Origin: Candidatus Eiseniibacteriota bacterium
GTDB taxonomy: Bacteria; ARS69
Direction of reading: 5' to 3'
DNA length: 47,509 bases
Assembly: GCA_052390515.1 (NCBI GenBank)
Contig: JBQTGV010000124.1
Location: 1-47,509, forward strand
Shown: positions 9,732-19,416 of the stretch, piece after piece
Layout of the letters: the number at the start of each line of letters is the position of its first letter
How positions within the stretch are numbered: position 1 is the stretch's first letter
Notes under the pieces: generated by a model
The model's input: only the letters and a program-made list of their open reading frames with translations
What the model was told of the DNA's origin: nothing
The model's database searches: none
Position numbers and translations under genes: made by a program

Positions 9732-10849
9732 TGACGCTCCACGAGCGTGAGCACGTGCCGGGACTCGCGGCCGGAACGCGTCACGGTGAACTCGATCCGG
9801 TCCTCGACCATGACCCCGTAGAGCGCTCGCCGCGCGTCGTCGTAATTGCGGATGCGGTCGCCGGCGATGCCCACGATCACGTCTCCGCGGAGGATGCCGG
9901 CGCGGTCCGCCGGACTGCCGTCGTCGACCGAAGCGACGATCACACCCTCGCCGGAGCGCAGCTCCAGGCTTTCCGCTAGCGCCTCCGGGACCTCCTGGAT
10001 GCGCACGCCCACCCACACTTCGCGTACCTTGCCGTGATCGAGGATCTCGCGCAGCACGCGCCGCACCGTGCGCGTGGGGATGGCGAATCCGATCCCGTGG
10101 CTCCCTCCCGAGCGCGAGAAGATGAACGTGTTGATGCCGATCACTTCCCCGAGCGCATTGACGAGGGCACCGCCCGAGTTTCCCGGATTGATCGCGGCGT
10201 CGGTCTGGATCATGTCCTTGTACAGCGTCTCCGCGTTCTCGTGCTCGGGCAGGATGTCGCGGCCGACCGCGCTGATCACGCCGACGGTCACGGTCGGATG
10301 CGGGTCATCGAGCAGATAGCCGAACGGGTTGCCGATGGCCACGGCCCACTCGCCGATGAGCAGGTCCCCGGAAGTCCTGAGCGGAGCGACCGGCAGCTCC
10401 CCGTCGGTCGACTCCAACTGCAGGAACGCCAGGTCATAGAGCTCTTCGCCTCCGAGGTAGCGGGCCTCGTACTCCCGCCCGTCCGCCAGCGTGATGTGAA
10501 TGCCCTGGGCCCCGCGGACCACGTGGTAGTTCGTGACGATGACCCCGTCCGCCGAGACGATCACGCCGGAGCCGATCCCCTGCACCCGCTGCCAGTAGCG
10601 GCGGCGCAGATTCTGGAAGAAGGGCGAGAAGAACTCGCTCTGCTGCGGGAACGCAGGGCCCTCCACCAGCTCGGTCCGGAGCACCGACACGGTGACCACG
10701 GCCGGCCCCACCCGTTCCGCGGCGAGCACCAGGGCGTTCTTGCGTCCCGCCCCGAGCTCCTCCACGGCCTCGGTCACCGACTGCGCGAGCACCGACGAAC
10801 AGGCAGCCAGCGAACCGAGCGCGAGAACGGCGGCGAAGCGGGAACGCAT
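9728..10849 (-). CDS. HtrA/DegS-family periplasmic serine protease (trypsin domain + one PDZ)
   Basis: Signal peptide, GSGVI, TNYHVV, IQTDAAINPGNSGGAL, C-terminal PDZ. Confidence 0.93.
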   Translation of the reverse strand: MRSRFAAVLALGSLAACSSVLAQSVTEAVEELGAGRKNALVLAAERVGPAVVTVSVLRTELVEGPAFPQQSEFFSPFFQNLRRRYWQRVQGIGSGVIVSADGVIVTNYHVVRGAQGIHITLADGREYEARYLGGEELYDLAFLQLESTDGELPVAPLRTSGDLLIGEWAVAIGNPFGYLLDDPHPTVTVGVISAVGRDILPEHENAETLYKDMIQTDAAINPGNSGGALVNALGEVIGINTFIFSRSGGSHGIGFAIPTRTVRRVLREILDHGKVREVWVGVRIQEVPEALAESLELRSGEGVIVASVDDGSPADRAGILRGDVIVGIAGDRIRNYDDARRALYGVMVEDRIEFTVTRSGRESRHVLTLVERQ

Positions 10850-10852
10850 CGA

Positions 10853-11509
10853 CTAGATCTTCGCCCCCGTGGTCTTCCAGTCCTTGAGGAACTGCTCGAT
10901 GCCCGAGTCGGTGAGCGGGTGCTTGAACATCTTCTCCAGCACCGCGGTGGGCATGGTGGCGATGTGCGCCCCGGCGGTCGCGCAGTCCACGACGTGCGTC
11001 GGCGAGCGCAGCGACGCGGCCAGCACCTCCGTCTCGATCCCGTAGTTCGAGAAGATCGTCACGCTGTCCCGCACGACCTCGACGCCGAAGTGGCTGATGT
11101 CGTCCAGCCGCCCGATGAACGGGCTCACGAAGTTCGCTCCGGCCTTCGCCGCGATCAGGGCCTGGTTCGGCGTGAAGATCAGCGTGACGTTGGTCTGGAT
11201 CCCCTCGGCGTGCAGCGCGTGCACGGTCTTCATCCCCTCGCGGGTCATGGGGATCTTCACCACGATGTTCTCGTGGATCCGCGCGAGCTTCATTCCCTCC
11301 TCGAACATCTGCTCGTGCGTGTCGCCGATGACCTCGCCGTTCACCGGGCCGTTGACGATCGAGCAGATCTCCTTGAGCACCTCGCGGAAGTCTCCGCGGT
11401 TCTTCTCGCGCGCGAGGAGCGTCGGATTCGTGGTCACGCCATCCACGATGCCCATGTCCTGGAACGAACGGATCTCGTCCACGTTGGCGGTGTCGAGGAA
11501 GAACTTCAT
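10853..11509 (-). CDS. Transaldolase / fructose-6-phosphate aldolase (TalC/Fsa family)
   Basis: Starts MKFFLDTAN (ATG 11509); [32 protein letters not shown]. Confidence 0.95.
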   Translation of the reverse strand: MKFFLDTANVDEIRSFQDMGIVDGVTTNPTLLAREKNRGDFREVLKEICSIVNGPVNGEVIGDTHEQMFEEGMKLARIHENIVVKIPMTREGMKTVHALHAEGIQTNVTLIFTPNQALIAAKAGANFVSPFIGRLDDISHFGVEVVRDSVTIFSNYGIETEVLAASLRSPTHVVDCATAGAHIATMPTAVLEKMFKHPLTDSGIEQFLKDWKTTGAKI

Positions 11510-12258
11510 TTCGTGCCTCCGTTCCCCGGCTCCCCGGGGTAGTCGATGCGAACGAGGAAGAGACCCCTGGGTGCCACCACCGCACCGGCGGCCTTCCTGT
11601 CGCGGGCGTCCAGGACCTCGAGGACCCACTCCGGCGGTCGCTTTCCCTGTCCGACCTCGAGCAGCGTACCGACGAGCGTCCGGACCATCTTGCGGAGGAA
11701 CCGGTTCGCGGTGACCTCCACGCTCAGCAGGGAGTCCCTCTCTATAATATCCACCCGTTCCAGATGGCAATCGGTGCTTTCGCCGGCGTCCTTCGAGCTG
11801 GCGAAAGCCGCGAAATCCCGCCTCCCGGGCAGCAGGCGTGCCGCTTCCCGGAGGAGCGCAGGGTCCGGGAAGGGCCGCACCTCCAGGCAGAACCGGCGCT
11901 CCAGGGCGGAGGGCCCCCGGTGCAGCCGGTACCGGTAGTGCCTCCGGACGGCGTCCCTCCTCGCGTCGAACCCCGCCGGGGCCTGCTCGGCCGCGAGCAC
12001 CACCACGTCGTCGGGCAGCACCCCGTTGATCGAGCGGAGGGACTCGGCGACGTTCGCCTCGGTCTCCAGGCTCGCGACCTGCCCGAGCGCGTGCACCCCC
12101 GCATCCGTGCGCCCGGCCCCGGTGACGCGCACGCTCTCGCGCAGCACGGTGGAGAGGGCCCGCTCCAGCTCCCCCTGGACGGTGCGTTCGCGCGGCTGCA
12201 GCTGCCAGCCGGAAAAGTCCGTCCCCTCGTACTCGACGACGAGCTTCCAGAAGGCCAC
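11506..12258 (-). CDS. truA: tRNA pseudouridine(38-40) synthase
   Basis: [34 protein letters not shown]. Confidence 0.96.
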   Translation of the reverse strand: MAFWKLVVEYEGTDFSGWQLQPRERTVQGELERALSTVLRESVRVTGAGRTDAGVHALGQVASLETEANVAESLRSINGVLPDDVVVLAAEQAPAGFDARRDAVRRHYRYRLHRGPSALERRFCLEVRPFPDPALLREAARLLPGRRDFAAFASSKDAGESTDCHLERVDIIERDSLLSVEVTANRFLRKMVRTLVGTLLEVGQGKRPPEWVLEVLDARDRKAAGAVVAPRGLFLVRIDYPGEPGNGGTK

Positions 12259-12259
12259 G

Positions 12260-13045
12260 TCAACCCCCGGGGACGGCGAACGCGAGACCGACGACCGCCG
12301 CGGCGACGACGAGCGCGAACGCGTCGAGCGCGGCGAACCGCGGCGGATCGAGCTGCGTTCGATGCCTGCCTCCGCGCCACCCCCGCGCCTCCATGGCCAG
12401 CGCGAGCGTCTCGGCCCGATGCAGGCAGCCCGCGAAGAGCGGTACGGCGAGCGGCAGGAGCCTCCGCGCGCGCGCCAGCGGGCCGCCTTCGAAGCGCGCT
12501 CCCCGGGCCTGCTGCGCGAGCACGATCCGCTCCGCCTCTTCCATGACGGTTGGCAGGAAGCGCAACGCCAGCGTGAGCACGAGCGAGAGGTCCCTCACCG
12601 GGACCCGGACGCGTTCCAGGAAGCCGAAGAGGCGCCCGAGGCCGTCCGCCATACGGATCGGCTCGGTCGTGAACGTGAGAAGGTACGCGGCGAGGAGCAT
12701 CGCGGCGAGCCTCAGCACCATGTGCAGGCCGACCAGGGTCCCCCCGGCCAGGCCCGAGGGATGCCCGCGCCCGGTCCAGAGCACCTGATACAGGAACGTT
12801 ATGGCAAAGACCCACGCGAGCGCCCGGAGGCCGCGCGCGAACCGCCTCCAGGAGAGCCGAGCGAGCGCCCCCGTCCCGGCGAGCGCGAGCAGGAGCACCG
12901 CGCCTCCGCCCGGGCCCACCCGGAACAGCACCAGCAGCGTCGCCGCGAAGAGCAGGAGCTTCGTCCGTGGATCGAGCCGGTGCACCGCCGTCGGCAGCGG
13001 GAGATAGGATCCGAGGGCCACGTCGCGACGGAAGGCGAACCGCAT
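12260..13045 (-). CDS. ecfT: Energy-coupling factor transporter transmembrane component EcfT/CbiQ
   Basis: HRLDPRTKL, LALRFLP, AQQARG, LALAMEARG coupling-helix motifs; start ATG 13045. Confidence 0.9.
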   Translation of the reverse strand: MRFAFRRDVALGSYLPLPTAVHRLDPRTKLLLFAATLLVLFRVGPGGGAVLLLALAGTGALARLSWRRFARGLRALAWVFAITFLYQVLWTGRGHPSGLAGGTLVGLHMVLRLAAMLLAAYLLTFTTEPIRMADGLGRLFGFLERVRVPVRDLSLVLTLALRFLPTVMEEAERIVLAQQARGARFEGGPLARARRLLPLAVPLFAGCLHRAETLALAMEARGWRGGRHRTQLDPPRFAALDAFALVVAAAVVGLAFAVPGG

Positions 13046-13121
13046 CGCTACTCCGGGTTGCCCGGCACGAGAGCGATCCATCCGAGCGCGGAGGTCCTTC
13101 GCCGCATGACGGTCGGTCCGC

Positions 13122-14480
13122 TCAGCCGAACTGCGGCGCGAGCAGCGTCCGCCACTCCGAGACCAGGATCAGGGCGGCGGAGCCGACGGCGAGCGCCGCG
13201 GCGAGCTTCCGCCGGCGACCGGCCTGGCGCCACGCGGCTGCGCCCTCCGCGAGCCACCACATCGCGGCGATCAGCAGCAGCGGCTCGAAGGGCACCCGGA
13301 AGCGCGAGATCCCGAACGTGAGGATCGTCGGCAGGAGGTGGAACGCGATGAAGAGCCCGAAGAGGCCGACCGGCGCACGTCCCCCGGCGCCTGCCAGCGC
13401 GAGCCCGGCGGCGCCGCCCAGCAGCGTGACCGTCCAGATCGCCACCATGGCCCAGGCCAGAACGTCGCGAGACCGCTCCGCGGCACCGCCGTCGACGGCC
13501 GTCACGTACGCCCAGCTCCCCGCCCAGCCCGAGCTCTCCGGCCGCGCCAGCAGCCGCCCGACCGGCAGCGCGTTGGGGGTCAGCACCCCCGGCACCGCCT
13601 CGGCGATCTTCTCGAACGGCCACCAGGGCATGCGGTCGCGGATGGCGGCTAGGGCGATCGCCTTCGCCTGAGCCTCGCGCTCCGCCATGTCTCTCCCGAG
13701 CCCGTTGTAGGTGCGGTACAGCGAGCCGCTCCCTCGACGGTCCAAACCCCCGCCCTCGCCCTCCGGCAGCGGGGCATTGCCCACGTACAGGTTCTTCCAC
13801 GTGGTGCGGGACACCAGCGCCGGCGCCTCGCTGTCCGTGTTCTGCCGCATCGTCCACGGAGCCACGGACACCACGAATCCCACGCATACCAGAGCGAAGC
13901 GCCACCAGGCGGACCGCGCTCGTTCACCGCGGGAAAGCAGCCACGCCCCGGCGACCACCGGGAGGAAGATCCCGACCTCGCGGGTGAGCGCCGCAGCCCC
14001 GAGCAGGACGCCTGCGGCGAAGAGCGCCGCGGGGGCGGCCCTTCCGGAGGCGGGCAGCAGCAGCAGGAGGGCGCCGAGCGACAGCGCGGAGTACAGCGGC
14101 TCGCTCCACAGCGAGACCGAGTAGATCACGAACGTCGGATACAGTGCCGCGGCCCACGCGCTCCACACCATGGCGCGCTCACCGCCGAAGCGGCGTCCGA
14201 GCGCGGCAGCGATGGCGATGACGGCCAGACCCGGGAGGATGTTCGCGGCCAGTGCCACCCTGCGGGAGTCGCCGAAGAGGTGGACGACAAGCGCGTACCA
14301 CCAGATGCTCCCCGGCGGACGCTTGCCTTCCCCCAGGACCTCGCGCCCCTCGGCCAGCGAAACTGCGCGGTGCCAGTACTCGCGCTCGTCGCCCATCAGC
14401 TCGGACGGCGCGAGAAACCACAGCGCCAGGAGCCTCACGGCGAGGCCCGCGAGCAGAGCGAGGACGACCGAGCGGGTCAC
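13122..14480 (-). CDS. GT-C membrane glycosyltransferase (ArnT/PMT-like)
   Basis: N-terminal TM then DE motif (GDEREY), RPPG, YP....S..LWSE, multi-TM, late RFRVP motif. Confidence 0.75.
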   Translation of the reverse strand: MTRSVVLALLAGLAVRLLALWFLAPSELMGDEREYWHRAVSLAEGREVLGEGKRPPGSIWWYALVVHLFGDSRRVALAANILPGLAVIAIAAALGRRFGGERAMVWSAWAAALYPTFVIYSVSLWSEPLYSALSLGALLLLLPASGRAAPAALFAAGVLLGAAALTREVGIFLPVVAGAWLLSRGERARSAWWRFALVCVGFVVSVAPWTMRQNTDSEAPALVSRTTWKNLYVGNAPLPEGEGGGLDRRGSGSLYRTYNGLGRDMAEREAQAKAIALAAIRDRMPWWPFEKIAEAVPGVLTPNALPVGRLLARPESSGWAGSWAYVTAVDGGAAERSRDVLAWAMVAIWTVTLLGGAAGLALAGAGGRAPVGLFGLFIAFHLLPTILTFGISRFRVPFEPLLLIAAMWWLAEGAAAWRQAGRRRKLAAALAVGSAALILVSEWRTLLAPQFG

Positions 14481-16465
14481 CTCAGCGGATCACCCGTCGC
14501 CGCCGGCTCGGAAGGGGCCTCGATGTTCGTCGAGGAGGGAGGCTTCACCTCCTCGATCTCCGCCGCCTCGTCCTCGAGATACGTCGTCCCGGCCAACCCC
14601 GTCTCGAAGTCGTGCAGGAAGAGCCGCGATTCCTTGAGGGTGAGGTTCCCGTCCCGCAGCGCCCGCTCCACCGCGCGCCTCATCCGCGCGACGAGGTCCG
14701 GGCGCTCGTACCCGACGTAGCGCAGCACGTCGGTCACGGTGTCGTGCTCGACTACTTCCTCCAAGACCACCTTCCCATCCGCGTCGACGTTCACGTGCAC
14801 CGCGTTGGTGTCGCCGAACAGGTTGTGCAGGTCGCCGAGGATCTCCTGGTAGGCGCCCAGCAGGAAGATCCCCAGGTAGTAGGGCTGCCCGTTGGGGACG
14901 TGCAGCGGCAGTACCCGGCCGCCGGTCCCCGAGTCGATGAAGCGGTCCATGAGACCGTCCGAGTCGCAGGTCAGGTCCGCGACCACACCGCGCCTCCGCG
15001 GCTCCTCCTCCAGGCGGTGGATCGGCATCACCGGGAAGACCTGCTCGACCGCCCAGTGGTCGGGCGCGGAGCGGAAGATCGAGAAGTTCCCGAAGTAGAT
15101 GTCGCAGCACTGGCGCTCCAGATCCGAGAGCTCTTCCGGGACGTCGCCCAGGCCGCGGACGCGCTCCAAGATCCGCGCACAGCAGGCGCGGTAGAGCTCG
15201 TCGGCCCGCGCGCGTCCTCGAAGATCCAGAACTCCGTTGGCGAAGAGCGTGATCGCCTCGTCGCGCGCGTGGTTCACGTCGTGCCAGCACTCCAGCAGGT
15301 TCACGTCGGAGACCGCGCCCCAGGTCTCGTACAGGGAGTGCAGGACGCGATGCTCGTCCTCCTCCGCCGGCTTCACGTTCCCGTTGTCCAGCCCCTCGTC
15401 CATGTCGCGCACGTCCACGACCAGCACCGAGTGGTGCGCGACGAGCGCACGGCCGGACTCGCTCAGGATGTCGGGGTGCTCGACTTCCATCTCGTCGCAC
15501 ATCTCGCGGATGTGGAAGACGACGTTGTTCGCGTACTCCTGCAGGCCGTAGTTCACCGAGGAAGCGTTCGTCGACTGCGTCCCGTCGTAGTCCACGCCGC
15601 AGCCGCCGCCCACGTCGAGGTAGCGAAGCGGCGCGCCCAGGCGGACGAGCTCGCCGTAGAGCCGCCCGGCCTCCTGCACCGCCTCCTTGAGGCCGCTGAT
15701 CGCGGTGATCTGGCTGCCGATGTGGAAGTGCAGGAGCACCAGCGAGTCCAGCAGGTTGCGGCGGCGAAGCTCCTCGACCAGCGCCACGAGCTCGTCGGTC
15801 TCGAGTCCGAACTTCGAGCCCATGCCGCTCGACTCGGTCCAGCGTCCCTCGGCCTTCGCGTCCAGCTTCACGCGCACGCCGATGCGCGGCGGGATGTTCA
15901 GCCGCTCCGCGGTGCGCAGGATGATGTCCAGCTCGCGGAAGCGGTCCACGACGATGATCGCGTCGCGGCCGAGGCGGGTGGCCAGCAGCGCGGTCTCCAC
16001 GAACTCGTGGTCCTTGTATCCGTTCAGCACGAGAAGCGCGCCCGGTCGATCGGCCATGGCGAAGGCCACGAGCACCTCCGGCTTGGAGCCCGCTTCGAGC
16101 CCGAACCCCCGCCCTTCGCCGTGCTCCAGGAGCGCCTGCACGACCCGTCGCTGCTGGTTGACCTTGATGGGATAGACCGGCCGGTAGCAGCCGCGGTAAC
16201 CCTCCGCCGCGATGGCCCGGCCGAACGCCTCGCACAGCGCGTCGATGCGGTTGCGGATAATGCCGGGGAAGCGGAGAAGCAACGGCAGGCCGAGGCCACG
16301 TTCCTGGATCTGTCCGACCAGGACGTGCAGATCGATGGCGGGACCGTCCGGACCCTCCGGTCGAACCTCGGCGTGTCCCTCGTCGTTCACCGCGAAGTAG
16401 CCGGAGCCCCACGCCCCGACCTGATAGAGTTCCGCGCTCTGTCCGACCGTCCAGCGTCCGGCCAT
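14477..16465 (-). CDS. speA: Biosynthetic arginine decarboxylase
   Basis: VYPIKVNQ, GLEAGSKPE, HFHIGSQI, DVGGG.GVDYDG, ESGRA, DLTCDSDG, GAYQEILGDLHNLFG. Confidence 0.97.
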   Translation of the reverse strand: MAGRWTVGQSAELYQVGAWGSGYFAVNDEGHAEVRPEGPDGPAIDLHVLVGQIQERGLGLPLLLRFPGIIRNRIDALCEAFGRAIAAEGYRGCYRPVYPIKVNQQRRVVQALLEHGEGRGFGLEAGSKPEVLVAFAMADRPGALLVLNGYKDHEFVETALLATRLGRDAIIVVDRFRELDIILRTAERLNIPPRIGVRVKLDAKAEGRWTESSGMGSKFGLETDELVALVEELRRRNLLDSLVLLHFHIGSQITAISGLKEAVQEAGRLYGELVRLGAPLRYLDVGGGCGVDYDGTQSTNASSVNYGLQEYANNVVFHIREMCDEMEVEHPDILSESGRALVAHHSVLVVDVRDMDEGLDNGNVKPAEEDEHRVLHSLYETWGAVSDVNLLECWHDVNHARDEAITLFANGVLDLRGRARADELYRACCARILERVRGLGDVPEELSDLERQCCDIYFGNFSIFRSAPDHWAVEQVFPVMPIHRLEEEPRRRGVVADLTCDSDGLMDRFIDSGTGGRVLPLHVPNGQPYYLGIFLLGAYQEILGDLHNLFGDTNAVHVNVDADGKVVLEEVVEHDTVTDVLRYVGYERPDLVARMRRAVERALRDGNLTLKESRLFLHDFETGLAGTTYLEDEAAEIEEVKPPSSTNIEAPSEPAATGDPLR

Positions 16466-16572
16466 TCCCGACCTCCGCGACGAGCCTCCACGAGACTACA
16501 TCATGGGGCACGGGCAAGCCCGCATTTCGTGGGTCCGCGCCGCAGCCGTTCGCCGGTCAGTTGCGCCGCCGG

Positions 16573-18132
16573 TCAGCCGCGCCGCCGGAGGAACGCGCCG
16601 ACCACCAGCGCGCCGGTCGCCACGCCGGCGAGTCCGGAGGCCCAGTCGCCGAACCGGCAGTACAGGGTTCGCCCGCGGCGGAGCGGTACGTCGACCACGG
16701 CGACGTCGCGGGTGAAGAGCGCCGTCTCCCCGAAGGTACGGCCGAGGGGATCCGCCCCGAGGGAGATCCCCGAGTTCGCCGCTCGGGCCATGCCGCAGCC
16801 GGTCTCGACGCAGCGGGTGACGGCCATGTCGGCGTGCTGTCGGGCCCCCGTACCGGCGCCGAACCAGGAGTCGTTCGTGATGTTCACGAGCAGCTCCGCT
16901 CCCCCGTTCGCGTGGCGCCGGACCAGGTCGGGGTAGATCGCCTCGAAGCAGACCAGGCTCCCGAAGCGGCCCTCCGGCATCTCGAAGAGCACCGGACCTT
17001 CGCCCGGGAGGAAGTCGGCCTCTCCGAAGTCGACGCGATCGAGGAACGGGAGGATCCCGGAGAAGGGCATCCGCTCCCCGAAGGGGACGAGCTGCATCTT
17101 GTCCATGCGCCCGGCGAGCTCACCCGCCGCGTCGATGAGCGCGCCGGAATTGGTGTACGTGACGCGGCGGGCGCCCCCCTCCTCCACCACCTGGTAGTCG
17201 GGGAAGCCGCAGAAGAGCGGAACGCCGAGCTCGCGCGCGAGACCCTCGACGAAGGGCCGCCACTTCGCGTCGCGCAGCAGGTACGTGGGCGCCGCGGTCT
17301 CCGGCCAGGCCACGAGGCGCGCGCCCTGCTCGACCCCCCGGCGGCTCAGCTCGGCGAGCGTCTGAAAGTGGCCGTCGCGGAGTTCCGGGTCCCACTTCTC
17401 GGCGTTGCCGATGTTCGGCTGCACCAGCGCGACCCGCACGGTGGGCAGGTCCAACGGTCTCGACAGACGCGCCGCGCCGAGCACGATCGGCACGCCGAGC
17501 GCCAGGACCACGGCCGCCGCCCACAACCAGCGGCGCCGCTCCGGACGGAGCGCCCCGAGCAGCAGCACGTTCACCGCGACGATCCAAGCGGTGACTCCGT
17601 GGATCCCCGTCACCGAGGCCATCTGCAGCGCCGGGAGGAAGCGCACCTGGGAGTAACCGAGGTGGCCCCACGGGAAGCCGAGCTCCCAGTACCCGCGCGA
17701 CACCTCGGCCACGACCCACAGCGCCGGCGCCAGGACCACGGCGGGCGCGCCGGTCCGTGCGCGCACCCACGTGTAGGCCACTCCGAAGACGCCGAAGTAC
17801 AGCGCGAGATAGCCGACGATCAGCGCGGTTCCGGGATACCGGACCCACGGGATAGTCAGCGCGGGCGCGTCGAGCAGGACGATCCACCACAGCAGCGCGG
17901 CGAACCACGTGGCGGCGGCGGTCCAGGTCAGCAGGAATGCGCGCGGCGCGAAATCGGAGAGCGGCCGGCCGCGCCCGGCGCGCGCCAGGTCCTCGAGCGT
18001 CCACAGGACGGGGACGAGCCCCACGAACGCGAGGAACGTGAGGTCGAGCGGCGGGAAGGCGAAGGAGAGAACGAGCCCCGAGAAGGCGCCCTTGGCGAGA
18101 ACCCGGAGGCGCCGGAACCGGAAGTCGTCCAA
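16573..18132 (-). CDS. lnt: Apolipoprotein N-acyltransferase
   Basis: GFPW..LGYSQ, VQPNI, WPETA, K..LVPFGE, VCFEAIYP, NITNDSWFG. Confidence 0.96.
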   Translation of the reverse strand: MDDFRFRRLRVLAKGAFSGLVLSFAFPPLDLTFLAFVGLVPVLWTLEDLARAGRGRPLSDFAPRAFLLTWTAAATWFAALLWWIVLLDAPALTIPWVRYPGTALIVGYLALYFGVFGVAYTWVRARTGAPAVVLAPALWVVAEVSRGYWELGFPWGHLGYSQVRFLPALQMASVTGIHGVTAWIVAVNVLLLGALRPERRRWLWAAAVVLALGVPIVLGAARLSRPLDLPTVRVALVQPNIGNAEKWDPELRDGHFQTLAELSRRGVEQGARLVAWPETAAPTYLLRDAKWRPFVEGLARELGVPLFCGFPDYQVVEEGGARRVTYTNSGALIDAAGELAGRMDKMQLVPFGERMPFSGILPFLDRVDFGEADFLPGEGPVLFEMPEGRFGSLVCFEAIYPDLVRRHANGGAELLVNITNDSWFGAGTGARQHADMAVTRCVETGCGMARAANSGISLGADPLGRTFGETALFTRDVAVVDVPLRRGRTLYCRFGDWASGLAGVATGALVVGAFLRRRG

Positions 18133-18138
18133 CGCCTC

Positions 18139-19347
18139 TCAGGCCCCGAACTTGTTCAGCCGCCCGACGGTCGCCAGCGCCTGGGGAAGGATGTGCTGCG
18201 ACGGGAACCGGCCGAGCGCGCCCCGCCGGCAGGCGGTCTCGCCGAACTCGGTCGTGTCGTCGACGTAGGTGTCGCCGCCGCGGAAGAGGATCGGCACGGG
18301 ATGCCAGGAGTGCGACTTCATGAGCGAAGGCGTCGAGTGGTCCCCGGTCACGATGACGAGGTCCGGCCGCGCCCGCTCCACCGACGGGAGCAGCGCGTCG
18401 ACCCGCTCGATCACCGCGACCTTGCGCAGGAAGTCGCCGTCCTCGCCGGCGGAGTCGGTCTGCTTCACGTGCAGGTAGACGAAGTCCGATTCGGCGAGCG
18501 CCGCGGGCAGAGCATCGAACTCTGCCTCGATGGAGGGCGCTTCCGGGAAGACGCGCATGCCCACGAGACGCGCGAGGCCGCGGTACATGGGATACATGGC
18601 GATGGCCGAAGCCGAGAGCCCGAACCGGTCGCGGAAGGACTGCGGCGGATCCCAGCCGGCGAAGCCACGCAGCAGCACCTCGTTCGCCGCCGGCTCTCCC
18701 GCCAGCAGGCGCCGCGCCTGGGCGACGAAGTCGTTCGCCACGTCCGCGGTGCGCCGGCTCTCCGGCCGGCCGTCGAGAGAGAGCGCCTCGAGCGCGGCGA
18801 CCCCCGTGGCCTGCGGGTCGGTGTCGCCCACGTTCCCGGCGAGCCCGTCGGCGCGGAACATCACCACGGCGCGGTGCTCCTTCTCCGCCACCACGGTCAC
18901 CTCGACTCCGGGGATGCGGACGCCCTTCGCGAGGACGCCGCAGACGCGCTTGCCCTCCTCCGAGGAGATGCGGCCCGCGCGTCGATCGACGATGCGGCCG
19001 CCCTCGCCGCGCGTGGCGAAGTTGATGCGCGCGGCGACGTCCAGAGCCGTCAGCTCCAGCCCAGCCCCGAGCGCCGAAAGTACCCCGCGGCCCACGTTGT
19101 CGGCGACGGGGTCGTAGCCGAAGAGCGCGAGATGAGCCGGACCGCTCCCCGGCGTGATGCCCGGTCCGACCGGATCGACTAGACCCGTCGCGCCTTCCTT
19201 GGCCCAGCGGTCGAAGTTCGGGGCGATCGCCGTCTCGAGCTCGGTCCGTCCGGTCGACGGATCGGGCAGCCCGCCGAGCCCGTCGAGAACGAGGAGGAAG
19301 ATTTTACTCTTCGACTCGCGGAGGAGGGGGCGAAGGATGTCTTGCAC
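18139..19347 (-). CDS. apgM: 2,3-bisphosphoglycerate-independent phosphoglycerate mutase (ApgM type)
   Basis: GTG 19347 after GGAGG; LVLDGLGG, TELE.A..PNFD, PGSGPAHLALFGYD, TGDHSTP, HSWHPVP. Confidence 0.92.
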   Translation of the reverse strand: MQDILRPLLRESKSKIFLLVLDGLGGLPDPSTGRTELETAIAPNFDRWAKEGATGLVDPVGPGITPGSGPAHLALFGYDPVADNVGRGVLSALGAGLELTALDVAARINFATRGEGGRIVDRRAGRISSEEGKRVCGVLAKGVRIPGVEVTVVAEKEHRAVVMFRADGLAGNVGDTDPQATGVAALEALSLDGRPESRRTADVANDFVAQARRLLAGEPAANEVLLRGFAGWDPPQSFRDRFGLSASAIAMYPMYRGLARLVGMRVFPEAPSIEAEFDALPAALAESDFVYLHVKQTDSAGEDGDFLRKVAVIERVDALLPSVERARPDLVIVTGDHSTPSLMKSHSWHPVPILFRGGDTYVDDTTEFGETACRRGALGRFPSQHILPQALATVGRLNKFGA

Positions 19348-19376
19348 GGGAATCCCTCCGCGGACAGGCGCGCGGC

Positions 19377-19385
19377 AGCATATCA
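19377..19385 (-). promoter_or_regulatory. Putative extended -10 promoter (TGaTATGCT) for apgM-lnt
   Basis: TGnTAnnnT ~30 nt upstream of apgM start in the divergent intergenic gap. Confidence 0.45.
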
Positions 19386-19416
19386 CGGCGCACCGGGAAC
19401 GGATACAATGGTCGCC

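Noticed and set aside
11743-11748. Perfect plus-strand TATAAT inside truA (antisense promoter)
   Set aside because: No -35 or TG extension on that strand and no downstream plus-strand gene; the minus-strand reading is more plausible.
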